Shown here one piece after another: positions 9,445 through 21,015 of a stretch of DNA of 64,000 nt. Both the position numbers and the translations under genes were made by a program. Within the stretch, counting starts at the first letter, position 1. Every line of letters begins with the position of its first letter. Location: positions 1,290,916-1,354,915 of the forward strand of contig NZ_CP020921.1 of the NCBI RefSeq assembly GCF_003057965.1, in the 5' to 3' direction. Under the pieces are notes generated by a model. It was given only the letters and a program-made list of their open reading frames with translations. It had not been told where the DNA came from and ran no database searches. This DNA comes from Thermodesulfobium acidiphilum (GTDB taxonomy: Bacteria; Thermodesulfobiota; Thermodesulfobiia; Thermodesulfobiales; Thermodesulfobiaceae).

Positions 9445-9719
9445 CGTTAGAAATGTGATACAGTGTGGGTAAATATAAGCTTCTATGAATCTTTATAGTT
9501 TTTGCAATGCCATAACATCGGGATTACCCGGTAAAGGGAGATATAATATTTGTACCTCAATAAATTTTAATTGCAAATTTAACCAAAAGGGTGTTCATGC
9601 TATATCTGTAGGTGCCGTAGCATGTTGGTGTATACTAATTTAATTTCCTAAGATGGTATTTTCACTTATCCTTAAATTATTTTTAGTAGCAAGAATGATT
9701 ATTTTGTAGGAGGTAAATT

Positions 9720-10172
9720 ATGAAAAAAATATTAGTTATAAATGGTCCAAACCTTAATATGCTAGGAACCAGAGAACCAAATATTTATGGCAATATTACT
9801 TTACATAGCTTAGAAGAGTTAATATTAAACTTTGCCAAAGAACTGGAAATAAAAGTAGATTTCTTTCAGTCAAATCATGAAGGAGATATTATAGACAAAA
9901 TTCACAGAACTTACGACGCATATAATGCTTTTATAATCAATCCAGGTGCCTTCACTCACTACTCCTATGCAATAAGAGATGCTATTGCCTCAATTAACAT
10001 CCCCGTTATAGAGGTGCATCTCTCAAACATTCACGCAAGGGAGGAGTTTAGAAAATCTTCAGTGATAGCACCAGTTTGTCTTGGGCAAATAAGCGGCTTG
10101 GGAGAATTATCCTATTTAACTGCAATAGTTGCCATAGACAAATACCTACAAAAGTCAGCAAAAAAGATATAA
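9720..10172 (+). CDS. aroQ: Type II 3-dehydroquinate dehydratase
   Basis: NGPNLNMLGTREP, QSNHEG, EVHLSNIHAREEFR. Confidence 0.96.
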   Translation: MKKILVINGPNLNMLGTREPNIYGNITLHSLEELILNFAKELEIKVDFFQSNHEGDIIDKIHRTYDAYNAFIINPGAFTHYSYAIRDAIASINIPVIEVHLSNIHAREEFRKSSVIAPVCLGQISGLGELSYLTAIVAIDKYLQKSAKKI

Positions 10173-10192
10173 TAGATGCTTTTTTATCGACA

Positions 10193-10495
10193 CTATTCCT
10201 TTTCTGGCATTCCAGAATACACTACTCCATACTTTGTAAGTATTTTTGCCTTGCCTCTTACCTTCATTGCTGAAGTATTATCGGTGAACTGTGCTATTAC
10301 TACTTCACCAACGTCAATTCTTTCAGAGTGATGAAATTTTGTTTCTTTTCCCCTTGTCATGCCAGATATCATTACCCCATCAGCCAAAGCTTTTATTACT
10401 ACGTAATCAGCTAAAGTAGAAATAGGTTTTGTATCAAGAGGAAACATAAGATTTTCTACTTTTTCATCTATATTATTGTTATCTGATTTATCCAT
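10193..10495 (-). CDS. mtrB: trp RNA-binding attenuation protein TRAP with N-terminal extension
   Basis: [44 protein letters not shown] matches TRAP; start at 10495 or 10504, overlapping the hisIE end. Confidence 0.92.
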   Translation of the reverse strand: MDKSDNNNIDEKVENLMFPLDTKPISTLADYVVIKALADGVMISGMTRGKETKFHHSERIDVGEVVIAQFTDNTSAMKVRGKAKILTKYGVVYSGMPEKE

Positions 10496-11138
10496 CCTTC
10501 TCATCCTTCTTTCTTCTAATTAACTCTTCATAAATATTATCAAAACTCAAACCAAAAGTATAAAGTGAAAGTGCTATATGAAAGTATAAGTCTGTTACCT
10601 CATAAACAAATTCGCTTTTATCCCCTCTCATACCAGCTATAATAGTTTCAACCGCTTCTTCTCCAAGTTTTTGAAGTATTCTACTTTTTCCTTTATTCAG
10701 TAGTTTACTAACATATGAATCCGGTTTCGGGTTTTCTTCTCTATTTTTAAAAGTTGAAAACAAATACGATAAAATAGCTGACTTTGACTTCTCTTCTACT
10801 AAGCCGCTATTCTCTATCTTCCTATAAAAGCAACTTCTGTTTCCTGTATGACAGGCAATCCCACCAACTTGTTCTACTAAAATAAGAAGAGTATCCCCAT
10901 CGCAATCAACTTTTATCTCTTTAACCCTTTGTATGTGGCCACTCGTTTCGCCTTTATGCCACAAACACTTTCTCGATCTGCTATAAAACCATGTTTCGTT
11001 AGTTTCAATTGTTTTCTTTAAGGACTCCTCATTCATGTACGCCATCATTAGAACATCTAATGTATAAAAATCCTGAACAATAGCTGGAACAAGACCAGAT
11101 TTATCAAATTTAATTTTAGATATTATATTATCTATCAA
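10488..11138 (-). CDS. hisIE: Bifunctional phosphoribosyl-AMP cyclohydrolase/phosphoribosyl-ATP pyrophosphatase
   Basis: [33 protein letters not shown]. Confidence 0.95.
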   Translation of the reverse strand: MIDNIISKIKFDKSGLVPAIVQDFYTLDVLMMAYMNEESLKKTIETNETWFYSRSRKCLWHKGETSGHIQRVKEIKVDCDGDTLLILVEQVGGIACHTGNRSCFYRKIENSGLVEEKSKSAILSYLFSTFKNREENPKPDSYVSKLLNKGKSRILQKLGEEAVETIIAGMRGDKSEFVYEVTDLYFHIALSLYTFGLSFDNIYEELIRRKKDEKDG

Positions 11139-11692
11139 TCGTTTAATATCTCCCTTTCTTTGTTAGAAAGAAGTTTATCAATTTCTTGGATAAAAGAATC
11201 CGTTATCTTTTGGAACTCGTTTTTAAACCTCTTCAGATCATCTTCTGAAATCTCTTTATTTTTTACCTTTTTCTCCAAAATTTCAAGTTCGTCTCGCCTT
11301 ATATTTCTTACAGCTACCCTCGCCTCTTCAGCCATCTTTTTAACAACCTTTACAAGTTCCTTCCTTCTCTCCTGAGTTAGAGTAGGAATCACTATTCTCA
11401 AAACCATCCCATCCACTTGAGGAGTAAGTCCTAAATCAGATAATCTAATTGCTTTATCTACTGCTTGAAGAGCATTCTTATCATAAACGTTAATAAGAAG
11501 AGTTCTTGCATCTTGTTGAGAAACGTTCGCAAGCTGTTTAATGGGAACAGTAGTCCCATAATAATCAACCTTAACGTGATCTAAAAGAGCGGGAGACGCT
11601 CTTCCTGTTCTTACAGAAGCAAATTCTTTTGAAAGATTATCAATAGCTTTTGACATTCTCTGTCTTAAGTGTTCTACTTCTTTTGAATTCAA
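11135..11692 (-). CDS. frr: Ribosome recycling factor
   Basis: [29 protein letters not shown]. Confidence 0.97.
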   Translation of the reverse strand: MNSKEVEHLRQRMSKAIDNLSKEFASVRTGRASPALLDHVKVDYYGTTVPIKQLANVSQQDARTLLINVYDKNALQAVDKAIRLSDLGLTPQVDGMVLRIVIPTLTQERRKELVKVVKKMAEEARVAVRNIRRDELEILEKKVKNKEISEDDLKRFKNEFQKITDSFIQEIDKLLSNKEREILND

Positions 11693-11733
11693 TTAATACA
11701 CCTCCTTTTATCAGATATTAATTGAAAAGTTAA

Positions 11734-12459
<726 letters not shown>

Positions 12460-13059
12460 TTATACGCTCTCTCCTAAAGAAAAACGAGAAAATCTCCTTA
12501 CTACAATGTTTTCCCCAACTTTGGCAATCATCTGGTTTATTAGATCAGAAATCTTAATAGAAGGATCTTTTACAAAGGGTTGTTCTAAAAGACAAACTTC
12601 TTCATAAAACTTCTTAATTTTACCCTCTACAATTTTATCAAGCATATTTTCTGGTTTGCCTTCCTGTCTTGCTTGATTTTTGAGAATTTCCTTCTCAGAA
12701 TTTAACACTTCTTCTGAAACATGCTCTTTAGAAATATAAATAGGATTAGATGCAGCAATCTGCAGAGCAATATCATGTGCAAGATTCAAAAATTCATCAG
12801 TTCTTGCAACAAAATCAGTCTCGCAATTAAGCTCCAAGAGTACTCCAATTTTTTTGTTTTGATGGATATAAGCTTCAATTATTCCTTCCTTTGCTTCTTT
12901 ACCAGCTCTTTTAGCAGCCTTTGCAAGCCCTTTTTCTCTCAAGTATTTTATTGCCTTCTCCATATCACAAGAGCACTCTTGCAGAGCCTTTTTGCAGTCC
13001 ATAATTCCTGCTCCGGTTCTCTCTCTTAGCTCTTTAACGATTTCACTTTTTATTTCCAC
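12460..13059 (-). CDS. tsf: Elongation factor Ts (short form)
   Basis: [26 protein letters not shown]; 199 aa. Confidence 0.97.
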   Translation of the reverse strand: MEIKSEIVKELRERTGAGIMDCKKALQECSCDMEKAIKYLREKGLAKAAKRAGKEAKEGIIEAYIHQNKKIGVLLELNCETDFVARTDEFLNLAHDIALQIAASNPIYISKEHVSEEVLNSEKEILKNQARQEGKPENMLDKIVEGKIKKFYEEVCLLEQPFVKDPSIKISDLINQMIAKVGENIVVRRFSRFSLGESV

Positions 13060-13112
13060 TTTATATCTACTCCTTAAAATAGTTTATTATTTAGATTTTA
13101 GATTTAATAAAT

Positions 13113-13856
13113 TTATACAGCTTCTTCTGTACTTTCCTGAAATTCCTTACTTTCAGATACCTCAACAGCATCTTGCCCTTGTTTTGCCTCAATAATTGCA
13201 TCTGCAATTTTCCCAGCAATGAGCTTTATAGCCCTAATTGCATCATCATTAGCTGGAATTATGCAGTCGACTAAATCCGGATCACAATTGGTATCTACTA
13301 TACCTATAACAGGTATGCCAAGCTTCCTTGCTTCAAGAACTGCTATTTGATCCTTCTTTATATCAGCAACAAATAAAGCACCAGGCAATCTGTTCATGTT
13401 TTTCATGCCACCAAGACTACTTTGAAGCTTAGCAAGCTCTTTTTTGAGCTTCATAGCTTCTTTTATAGGATACAAATCTATTCTTCCGCTTGCCTGAAGT
13501 TCTTCCAATTCTTTTAATCTTGTAATTCTGCTCATAATTGTTACAAAATTTGTAAGCGTACCGCCAAGCCATCTGGTATTTACATACGGCGAACCACACC
13601 TTATAGCTTCTTCTTTAATGGCATCTTGAGCCTGTCTTTTAGTTCCAACAAACAAAATTTCTTCACCTTCAGAAGCAATTTTTCTAGCAAAATCATAGGC
13701 TGCTTCGAAACAACGAAGAGTTTTTTGAAGATCAATAATATAGATTCCATTTCTAGCAGTAAAGATGTAAGGTTTCATTTTCGGATTCCACCTTCGCGTC
13801 TGGTGCCCGAAATGTACCCCTGCTTCTAAAAGCTGTTTCATAGAAATTATTGACAC
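13113..13856 (-). CDS. rpsB: 30S ribosomal protein S2
   Basis: [28 protein letters not shown]; likely GTG start at 13856 after AAGGAGG. Confidence 0.97.
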   Translation of the reverse strand: MSIISMKQLLEAGVHFGHQTRRWNPKMKPYIFTARNGIYIIDLQKTLRCFEAAYDFARKIASEGEEILFVGTKRQAQDAIKEEAIRCGSPYVNTRWLGGTLTNFVTIMSRITRLKELEELQASGRIDLYPIKEAMKLKKELAKLQSSLGGMKNMNRLPGALFVADIKKDQIAVLEARKLGIPVIGIVDTNCDPDLVDCIIPANDDAIRAIKLIAGKIADAIIEAKQGQDAVEVSESKEFQESTEEAV

Positions 13857-13874
13857 TACAACCTCCTTAAATAT

Positions 13875-13925
13875 ACCTCCGCCAAAAGAAAAAAATTGGC
13901 GTGCGAATTTACCGAACAATCGGCT
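13875..13925 (-). promoter_or_regulatory. Putative structured rpsB 5' leader (possible S2 autoregulatory element)
   Basis: Hairpins CCGA-ttgt-TCGG and CGCCAA..TTGGCG followed by GAGG; lies downstream of TATAAT (13950-13945). Confidence 0.4.
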
Positions 13926-14028
13926 AAAAAAGTTTATCACAAACATTATATTCAGTAAAGACTCAAAACTTTCTTTAAGTGTTAAAATAAATTAATTTCT
14001 TCTTTTTAAATTTTGGAGGATCTAATTT

Positions 14029-14511
14029 ATGGAAATAATTTTTATAAGACACAGCAACGCTGAAACCATCGGCATAGAACAGAAAGATTTTGACAGGAAA
14101 CTAACTCCAAAGGGTGTTAAAAAGGCAAAAAAGATTGCGAAGGGCCTAAAAAAGATCTTTAACAATGAAATTGTAGAAATCTGGACCAGCCCAGCTCAAA
14201 GGGCATTTCAAACATCAAAAATAATAGCAGAAACTTTAAAGTGTGAAAACGTAAAAGAAATGGATTCTCTCTGGGAGAGTGATTTTATAAAATTTTTGCA
14301 TGATATAAAAAACGTAGATGAAAATGTAAGATTAATATGTATAGGACATCAACCCACTCTCACAGACTGGGTAAAAAGTCTTACGGGATCAATAGTATCA
14401 TTTAAAAAGTGTTCATGTTTGAGCCTTACAATAGATCCTACCAACCCTCACTCAGGAACCCTTAACTGGTTTTTTGATGTAAAATTTATAGAAAAAATCC
14501 TGGACGTCTAA
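14029..14511 (+). CDS. SixA-like histidine phosphatase
   Basis: IRHSNA..DFDRKLT, TSPAQRAFQT, IGHQP. Confidence 0.85.
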   Translation: MEIIFIRHSNAETIGIEQKDFDRKLTPKGVKKAKKIAKGLKKIFNNEIVEIWTSPAQRAFQTSKIIAETLKCENVKEMDSLWESDFIKFLHDIKNVDENVRLICIGHQPTLTDWVKSLTGSIVSFKKCSCLSLTIDPTNPHSGTLNWFFDVKFIEKILDV

Positions 14512-14546
14512 GTTCTACCTTGATAATTATCTCCGTTTTCTCTAAC

Positions 14547-14696
14547 CTAAATAAATCTATCCCTTTTTGTACCCTATCAAGGGCATTTCCAATCATTTGG
14601 CAAGTCTTTAAACTAACTATCAGCAGGAATACTATTCTCTAATTTTTATAATATGAAAATCGTATTTATATCCTCTATAAAATGATAAATTTCCAT
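14547..14696 (-). pseudogene. Rubredoxin pseudogene
   Basis: GGAGG RBS then ATG; reads MEIY.., frameshift, GYKYD.., frameshift, ENSIPADS*FKDLPNDWKCP**GTKRDRFI*. This matches the rubredoxin pattern GYxYD..GIxxGTxFxDLPxDWxCPxCGxxKxxF and the ~50-codon length. Confidence 0.85.
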
Positions 14697-14753
14697 AAAT
14701 TTCCTCCAATTGAATCAGTTCTTATTTTCGTTATAATATAATTACAGAAAAAA

Positions 14754-15500
14754 ATGTTAAGAAAAAAAGTTTGTAAAAGATGCAATACAATAAATTTTGC
14801 CGATGCAAAGTTTTGCAGAAATTGTGGAAATTCATTAATAATCTCAAAGGAAATTAGAGATGAATTAAACAACATTGAAAACGATGATTTTTCACTTGCT
14901 ACACCAATTGGAGGTCCCATCTGGACATTTCAATTACTATTTTCAAATTGGGCAAAAAAACAAGAAAAAAGATATTTAAAATATATAAATAAATTTACAT
15001 CATTAAAAACTTTATTATATGCAATTATTTTAGCAAAAAGTACTTATAAGGAGTTTGTTTTTGATAAAAAAAACAACAACTTAGCTTTAAGTTATATAAA
15101 TTTATATATTTTAAATTTTCTAATTGGATACATCTTCTCTCTGGGCTTTTCATTAAATCTTTTGTTAATTGCATTATTGCTAAGCCTCACAGAGGCAGCA
15201 ATAATATTTGCCAAAATTATAGTATTGAAGTTTTTGACTCATACGCTGGTAAAGGTGTCTTTTCCAAACGATTTATTTTTAAGATTGATCTCTATCACAT
15301 GCGCACCGCTATTCTTAAGCTTCATACCTTACAGTTGGGAAATTTTGAAAATTTATATATTTTTTACCCAGGCAGTTGGCATTAGGGATATAACAAACTG
15401 CACAACATTAAAGTCTTTTTTCATAAGTCTATGTTTATCAATAGTAGACATCATTATTTGGGGAACGCTAAGCCCTTATATTCATTCTATTAAATTTTAG
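14754..15500 (+). CDS. Zinc-ribbon plus Yip1-like multi-TM membrane protein
   Basis: N-terminal CKRC..FCRNCG; hydrophobic C-terminal half. Confidence 0.65.
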   Translation: MLRKKVCKRCNTINFADAKFCRNCGNSLIISKEIRDELNNIENDDFSLATPIGGPIWTFQLLFSNWAKKQEKRYLKYINKFTSLKTLLYAIILAKSTYKEFVFDKKNNNLALSYINLYILNFLIGYIFSLGFSLNLLLIALLLSLTEAAIIFAKIIVLKFLTHTLVKVSFPNDLFLRLISITCAPLFLSFIPYSWEILKIYIFFTQAVGIRDITNCTTLKSFFISLCLSIVDIIIWGTLSPYIHSIKF

Positions 15501-15582
15501 ATTTATTAAAAAATTGTTATATAATCTAAATTAATAGTATTATGAAGTCAATAGATTAAAAATCTGGAAGAGAGGAAACGGT

Positions 15583-17943
15583 GTGGATAAGGATATAAAG
15601 GATATAAAAGAAAATCAAAACGAAACAAAAGAATTACCCTATAGGGAATTACCCTTAATACCTCTAAAAGATACGGTAATCTTCCCTCATATGGTAGTAC
15701 CTCTTTTTATAGGAAGAGATAAATCGCTAAAAGCACTTGAAGAAGCAATGTTAAAGTATGAAAAACACGTTTTGGTAGTCTCTCAAAAAAAGCCCGATGA
15801 AGAAGCTGAAATAGAAGGCCTTTATCAGGTTGGAGTAATAGCAAATATACTTCAAATATTAAAATTGCCTGACGGTCATGCAAGAATAGTTGTGCAAGGC
15901 ACAGATAGAGCAAAAATTTTATCATTTAAACAAACCGATCCATTTTTTCTTGTCGAATTTGAGAAACTAGAAGAAGAAGATTCAAAGGATCCAGAAATTG
16001 AAGCAATGGTAAGAGTCCTTATTAGCAAATTTGAAGAAGCTACAAAACTTGGGAAAAATATTCCAAGTGAAGCTGTGATAGCCATATATAATATAAGTGA
16101 ACCATCAAGATTATCTGAATATATAGCTACTCATCTTATAAACAGCACAGAAGAAAAACAACTTATTCTTGAAACCACTGACCTAAAAGAAAAACTAAAA
16201 AAGTTACTCAAATATGTGCAAAAAGAAATTTCTATTCTAGAAGTAGAATCAAGAATCAAGAATCAAATAAACCAGGAGATGGAAAAACATCAGAAGGAAT
16301 TCTACCTTAGAGAACAAATTAAAGCGATCCAAAAAGAACTTGGAGAAGCAGAAGAAAAACAAGTGGAATTAGAGGATCTTAAAAACAAAATTAAAGAAGC
16401 AAAAATGCCCCCAGAAGTAGAAAAAAAGGTTTACAAAGAAATTTCCAGATTGGAAAAAATGCCCTCTACTTCTGCAGAAGTACCAGTAATTAGAACATAC
16501 CTTGATTGGGTTATAAATCTTCCCTGGTCAAAAAAGTCGAAAGATAATCTCGATATATTAAAAGCTGAAAAAATTTTAGAAAGAGAACACTATGGGCTTA
16601 AAAAAGTAAAAGAGAGAATAATAGAATTTTTAGCTATAAGAAAGTTAACAAAAAGTCTTAAGGGACCAATTCTTTGTTTTGTAGGACCACCTGGTGTAGG
16701 AAAAACTTCTCTTGGAAAGTCAATTGCAGCGGCATTAAACAGAAAATTCATAAGAATCGCGTTGGGCGGCATGAGAGATGAAGCAGAAATAAGAGGACAC
16801 AGAAAAACATATGTAGGAGCACTACCAGGTAGAATTATTCAAAGTATTTCTCAAGTGCAAACTAATAATCCTGTATTTATGATGGATGAAATAGATAAAG
16901 TTGGTACCGATTTCAGGGGCGATCCAACAAGCGCCCTACTTGAAGTTTTAGACCCAGAGCAAAACCATTCTTTTACTGATCACTACTTAGAAGTTCCTTT
17001 CGATCTTTCAAACGTTATGTTCATAACTACTGCAAATCTAATTGATCCTATTCCAGAACCTTTAAGGGATAGAATGGAAATAATAGAGATCCCGGGATAT
17101 ACAGAAGATGAAAAAGTAGAAATTGCTATGAGACATCTTTTACCCAAGCAACTAAAATTTCACGGTTTAAATAAAGAAAAAGTTAAAATCAACAAAGATG
17201 TAATAATAAAAATTATACGGGAATACACCCACGAAGCAGGTGTAAGAAATTTAGAAAGAAATATTGCATCTTTATGTAGAAAAGCAGCAAAATTAATTGC
17301 TACCAACAAGGCAAAAAGCGTAACCTTTACCGTTAAAAATCTAGAAAAATATTTAGGAGTAGCAAAGTATAGCTACGGAATGGCAGACGAAGTAGACAGG
17401 GTAGGTGTGGTAACAGGCCTTGCATGGACACCTAGTGGAGGAGACATCTTGTTTATCGAAACCCTAATATATCCGGGTAAAGGACAATTAACCCTAACTG
17501 GCCAACTTGGTGATGTCATGAAAGAATCAGCTCAGGCAGCACTTAGCTATATTAAATCCAATGCAAAAACATTGAATATTTCTGAAGAAATTCTTAGTAA
17601 GAATGATATGCACATTCACGTACCAGAAGGCGCAATACCTAAAGATGGACCATCAGCAGGAGTCGCAATTGCTACCTCAATGGTATCAGCTCTTACTGGC
17701 AAAAAAGCAAACAAAAACGTTGCAATGACAGGAGAAATAACGCTTAGAGGACAGGTGTTACCAATAGGAGGTATTAGAGAAAAGCTTCTTGCAGCTCATA
17801 GAGCAGGGATTAAAAAAGTTTTAATTCCTGAAAAAAATAAGAAAGAAGTTGCAGAAATCCCAAAAAATGTATTAAAAAATTTAGAAATAACTTACATTAA
17901 AGAAGTTCAAGAAGCCTTTCAGGCTACTCTTTTAGACAATTAA
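15583..17943 (+). CDS. lon: Lon protease (endopeptidase La)
   Basis: GPPGVGKTS, DEAEIRGHR, PKDGPSAG catalytic Ser motif. Confidence 0.97.
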   Translation: MDKDIKDIKENQNETKELPYRELPLIPLKDTVIFPHMVVPLFIGRDKSLKALEEAMLKYEKHVLVVSQKKPDEEAEIEGLYQVGVIANILQILKLPDGHARIVVQGTDRAKILSFKQTDPFFLVEFEKLEEEDSKDPEIEAMVRVLISKFEEATKLGKNIPSEAVIAIYNISEPSRLSEYIATHLINSTEEKQLILETTDLKEKLKKLLKYVQKEISILEVESRIKNQINQEMEKHQKEFYLREQIKAIQKELGEAEEKQVELEDLKNKIKEAKMPPEVEKKVYKEISRLEKMPSTSAEVPVIRTYLDWVINLPWSKKSKDNLDILKAEKILEREHYGLKKVKERIIEFLAIRKLTKSLKGPILCFVGPPGVGKTSLGKSIAAALNRKFIRIALGGMRDEAEIRGHRKTYVGALPGRIIQSISQVQTNNPVFMMDEIDKVGTDFRGDPTSALLEVLDPEQNHSFTDHYLEVPFDLSNVMFITTANLIDPIPEPLRDRMEIIEIPGYTEDEKVEIAMRHLLPKQLKFHGLNKEKVKINKDVIIKIIREYTHEAGVRNLERNIASLCRKAAKLIATNKAKSVTFTVKNLEKYLGVAKYSYGMADEVDRVGVVTGLAWTPSGGDILFIETLIYPGKGQLTLTGQLGDVMKESAQAALSYIKSNAKTLNISEEILSKNDMHIHVPEGAIPKDGPSAGVAIATSMVSALTGKKANKNVAMTGEITLRGQVLPIGGIREKLLAAHRAGIKKVLIPEKNKKEVAEIPKNVLKNLEITYIKEVQEAFQATLLDN

Positions 17944-17985
17944 GCAAAAAATTGTCAAATATATTCGAAAACATAATATCTCAAA

Positions 17986-19002
17986 ATGATTAAACTAATC
18001 TTAAATCGTATAAAACGAGAAATTTTTCTAGTATTTTTTATCATTTTATTTGGAACATGTGGATACATGTTTCTAGAACATTACACTCCAATTGAAGCAC
18101 TTTTTATGACAGTCATAACAATAACAACTGTTGGTTATGAAGAAGTAAAGCCTCTTGACAATGCTGGAATGTTATTTAGCATAATTTTAATACTATCAAG
18201 TTTTGGCATATTTGCATTCGCTATCTCAAGAATAGTAGATTATATGTTTAGCTCATATTTCGAAGAAAGAGAGAAGATGAAAATGGAAAACAAGTTAAAA
18301 AAACTTAAAGATCATATTATAGTATGTGGATATGGCAGAATGGGTTCTATCGTAGCAAAAGATTTGAGAAAAAACAAAAAAGACGTAGTAATAATAGAAA
18401 ATAATCCCCAAACTTGTGAACTTGCAAAAAAAGATGGGTTTATCGCTATCGAAGGAAATGCTACTAATGATGAAATGCTAATAAAAGCTGGCGTAAAAGT
18501 AGCAAAATCAATAGTAGCTACTACCTCATCTGAGCCAGATAATGGGTTTATAAGTCTTTCTGCAAAAAAACTTAATCCGCAAATATTAGTTATCAGTAGA
18601 GCCAGTAATACAGAATGGATATCAAAATTACACCTTGCTGGTGCAGATGAAGTGATATCTCCACATACCTTTGGTGCAAGGAGAATTGTAAACTTTATAT
18701 TAAATCCAGGGCTTGTTGAATTTCTCGACATTTTAAGAGATGAAAATATTGACATATTTATGGAAGAATTAATTGTAAAACCTAACTCCATACTCAATGG
18801 CAAAACTTTTAAATCATGGGAGGATTTAAGATTATTCTTAGATGTTCCATCTCTAATACCTTTAACATTTTGTATCGAAAAATATAATAAGTGCCCACAT
18901 AACGAGGAGTTTACATTAAAAGAATCTGATAAAATAATCATAATCGGTTCAAAATCGGATATAGAGAGAGTTAATAAACTTGTATTGCAAAATAGCAATT
19001 GA
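17986..19002 (+). CDS. Two-TM potassium channel with TrkA/RCK domain
   Basis: TITTVGY pore motif; HIIVCGYGRMG RCK domain. Confidence 0.88.
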   Translation: MIKLILNRIKREIFLVFFIILFGTCGYMFLEHYTPIEALFMTVITITTVGYEEVKPLDNAGMLFSIILILSSFGIFAFAISRIVDYMFSSYFEEREKMKMENKLKKLKDHIIVCGYGRMGSIVAKDLRKNKKDVVIIENNPQTCELAKKDGFIAIEGNATNDEMLIKAGVKVAKSIVATTSSEPDNGFISLSAKKLNPQILVISRASNTEWISKLHLAGADEVISPHTFGARRIVNFILNPGLVEFLDILRDENIDIFMEELIVKPNSILNGKTFKSWEDLRLFLDVPSLIPLTFCIEKYNKCPHNEEFTLKESDKIIIIGSKSDIERVNKLVLQNSN

Positions 19003-19067
19003 CTATCATAAGTTTTTTATTTGTATAAATTTTAGGTATTTTAAAAAGTTGAAAGTAAGCTTGTATC

Positions 19068-20093
19068 ATGGGTAAATCTTTTTTAAGCTTTTTACCAATA
19101 TATATTTTGATAGCTATAACAATTTTCGTGTTTGCATTCAAAGATTTTATTATTCAAGTACTTCTTGCCCTTATTTTTGCTATAGTTTTATCTCCTCCTG
19201 TAGACTTTCTTGAAAAAAAGAAAATTCCAAGATTTTTTGGATCTTTAATAATATTTTTCTCGGTAATCTCATTTATGGTCATTATTTATTTACTTATTGC
19301 ACCTATTTTGAATTTCGAAATCCAAAAATTAGTCGCATCTTTTCCAGATTATCTTAAAAATTTTGATGACGTCTTTCAAAATTTTTTAACCAATTTACAA
19401 ATAAATCCAGGACATTATATTTGGTTGAATTTAATTCTCCAAAAATTAAGGGATCACTTTCAGGAATGGATTGGTAATGCATTAAATATTTTAGGTGCAT
19501 CAACATTTGATTTAATAAATAAAGCCATATCCTGGCTAGTTTTCCCTATTCTAACTTTATTTTTTATGAAAGATCTTCCAATCCTTACCAAAGGTATTTT
19601 AGAAATATTTCCACAAAACAAAAGAACTCTCATAAAAGAAATTGGATCCTGTCTCACTCACGGCATTAGAGCCTATGTAAAAGGACAACTTATTTTGTCA
19701 GTCACTATAGGATTTTTGACAGGTCTAGGATTATTCTTTTTAGGTATCGAATATTTCCTTCTTCTTGGTGTTTTGGCAGCTATTTTAGAATTTATTCCTT
19801 ATCTGGGGCCAATGCTTGCTTCAATTCCTGCTCTTATAGTTTCAATAGCAATTTCACCTTTGAAAGCTTTCATAGTACTTATTTTCTACATTATACTTCA
19901 TCAATTTGAAGGAGTAATAATAGCGCCAAACATAATGAGCAAAAGCATCGACGTGCCTCCATCTCTGGTAATAATTGTGCTCACTATTGCTGCAGCACTT
20001 GGCTCAATTCCTGGAATGCTTTTATCAATCCCTCTTACTGCTATTTCTAAATCTCTTTATGAATATTGGCAAAAGAGCCGCACTAAACCCTAA
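19068..20093 (+). CDS. AI-2E (PerM) family transporter
   Basis: YVKGQL, EFIPYLGP, QFEGVIIAP. Confidence 0.88.
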   Translation: MGKSFLSFLPIYILIAITIFVFAFKDFIIQVLLALIFAIVLSPPVDFLEKKKIPRFFGSLIIFFSVISFMVIIYLLIAPILNFEIQKLVASFPDYLKNFDDVFQNFLTNLQINPGHYIWLNLILQKLRDHFQEWIGNALNILGASTFDLINKAISWLVFPILTLFFMKDLPILTKGILEIFPQNKRTLIKEIGSCLTHGIRAYVKGQLILSVTIGFLTGLGLFFLGIEYFLLLGVLAAILEFIPYLGPMLASIPALIVSIAISPLKAFIVLIFYIILHQFEGVIIAPNIMSKSIDVPPSLVIIVLTIAAALGSIPGMLLSIPLTAISKSLYEYWQKSRTKP

Positions 20094-20124
20094 AAGTATA
20101 ATAAATATTTTTTCAGGAGAAAAG

Positions 20125-21015
20125 ATGAAAGCTATACGCGTTTTGGGACTCACAAAATCCTATAAATCAGAAACCAATATAGTTGCCGTAAACAATTTAT
20201 CCTTTGAAGTAGAAGAGGGACAGGTTTTTTGTCTTTTAGGTCCTAATGGTGCTGGTAAAACTACTACTATAAGAATACTCAATACACTTTTAAAAAAGGA
20301 TAAGGGTCAAATCTATTTTTTTAATATTGATTTAGACAAAAAACCACAAGACATAAAAAATATTATCGGTGTGGTCCAACAGCACACAAATGTCGATTCA
20401 GAACTTACGGTATGGGAAAATCTTTTGATTCACTCTATGCTTCATAAAATGAATAAAATGTTGTTTAAAGAAAGAGCGAATCAGCTTTTAGAAGCTATAG
20501 ATATGATTGACAAAAAAAACAGGTTTGCAAATAAACTCTCTGGTGGAGAAAGGAGAAAGCTTTCTATTATTAGAGCGCTTTTACACAATCCAAAAATTAT
20601 ATTCTTAGATGAACCAACTGTTGGACTAGATACTTTTACTAGAAGATCTATCTGGGAAAATATAAAACAACTCAAGTATTCTGGCAAAACAATAATTTTA
20701 ACTACACATTATATTGAAGAAGCTCAAATGCTTTCAGATCTCGTCTTAATAATAAACAAGGGGAAAAAGCTTATTGAGGAAACTCCAAATACTCTAATAA
20801 ATAGATTGGGCAAAGTTACACTTGAATATCAAGAAAATGGTAAAACGATATATAAATTTTTTAATACCAATCAAGAAGCAAAAGATTTTAGCGTAAATCT
20901 TAAAGATTTAAATTCTATCCTTATTAGAGAAACAAATTTAGAAGACGTTTTCGTCACAATGACAGGAAATGGAGGTGAAGATTATTGCAACTCTTTAGAG
21001 AAGTGTTTCCCATAG
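20125..21015 (+). CDS. ABC-2 exporter ATP-binding protein (NodI/DrrA-like)
   Basis: GPNGAGKTT, LSGG, LDEPTVGLD, TTHY; ATG 20125 after AGGAG. Confidence 0.9.
   Translation: MKAIRVLGLTKSYKSETNIVAVNNLSFEVEEGQVFCLLGPNGAGKTTTIRILNTLLKKDKGQIYFFNIDLDKKPQDIKNIIGVVQQHTNVDSELTVWENLLIHSMLHKMNKMLFKERANQLLEAIDMIDKKNRFANKLSGGERRKLSIIRALLHNPKIIFLDEPTVGLDTFTRRSIWENIKQLKYSGKTIILTTHYIEEAQMLSDLVLIINKGKKLIEETPNTLINRLGKVTLEYQENGKTIYKFFNTNQEAKDFSVNLKDLNSILIRETNLEDVFVTMTGNGGEDYCNSLEKCFP

Noticed and set aside
10488-10530. Purine-rich NAG triplets at the mtrB start as a TRAP autoregulatory site
   Set aside because: Spacing is irregular, mostly AAG, and explained by hisIE Lys/Arg/Glu codons
18120-18145. K+ channel filter TVGYEE instead of TVGYGD
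   Set aside because: Such variants are common in prokaryotic TrkA-domain channels
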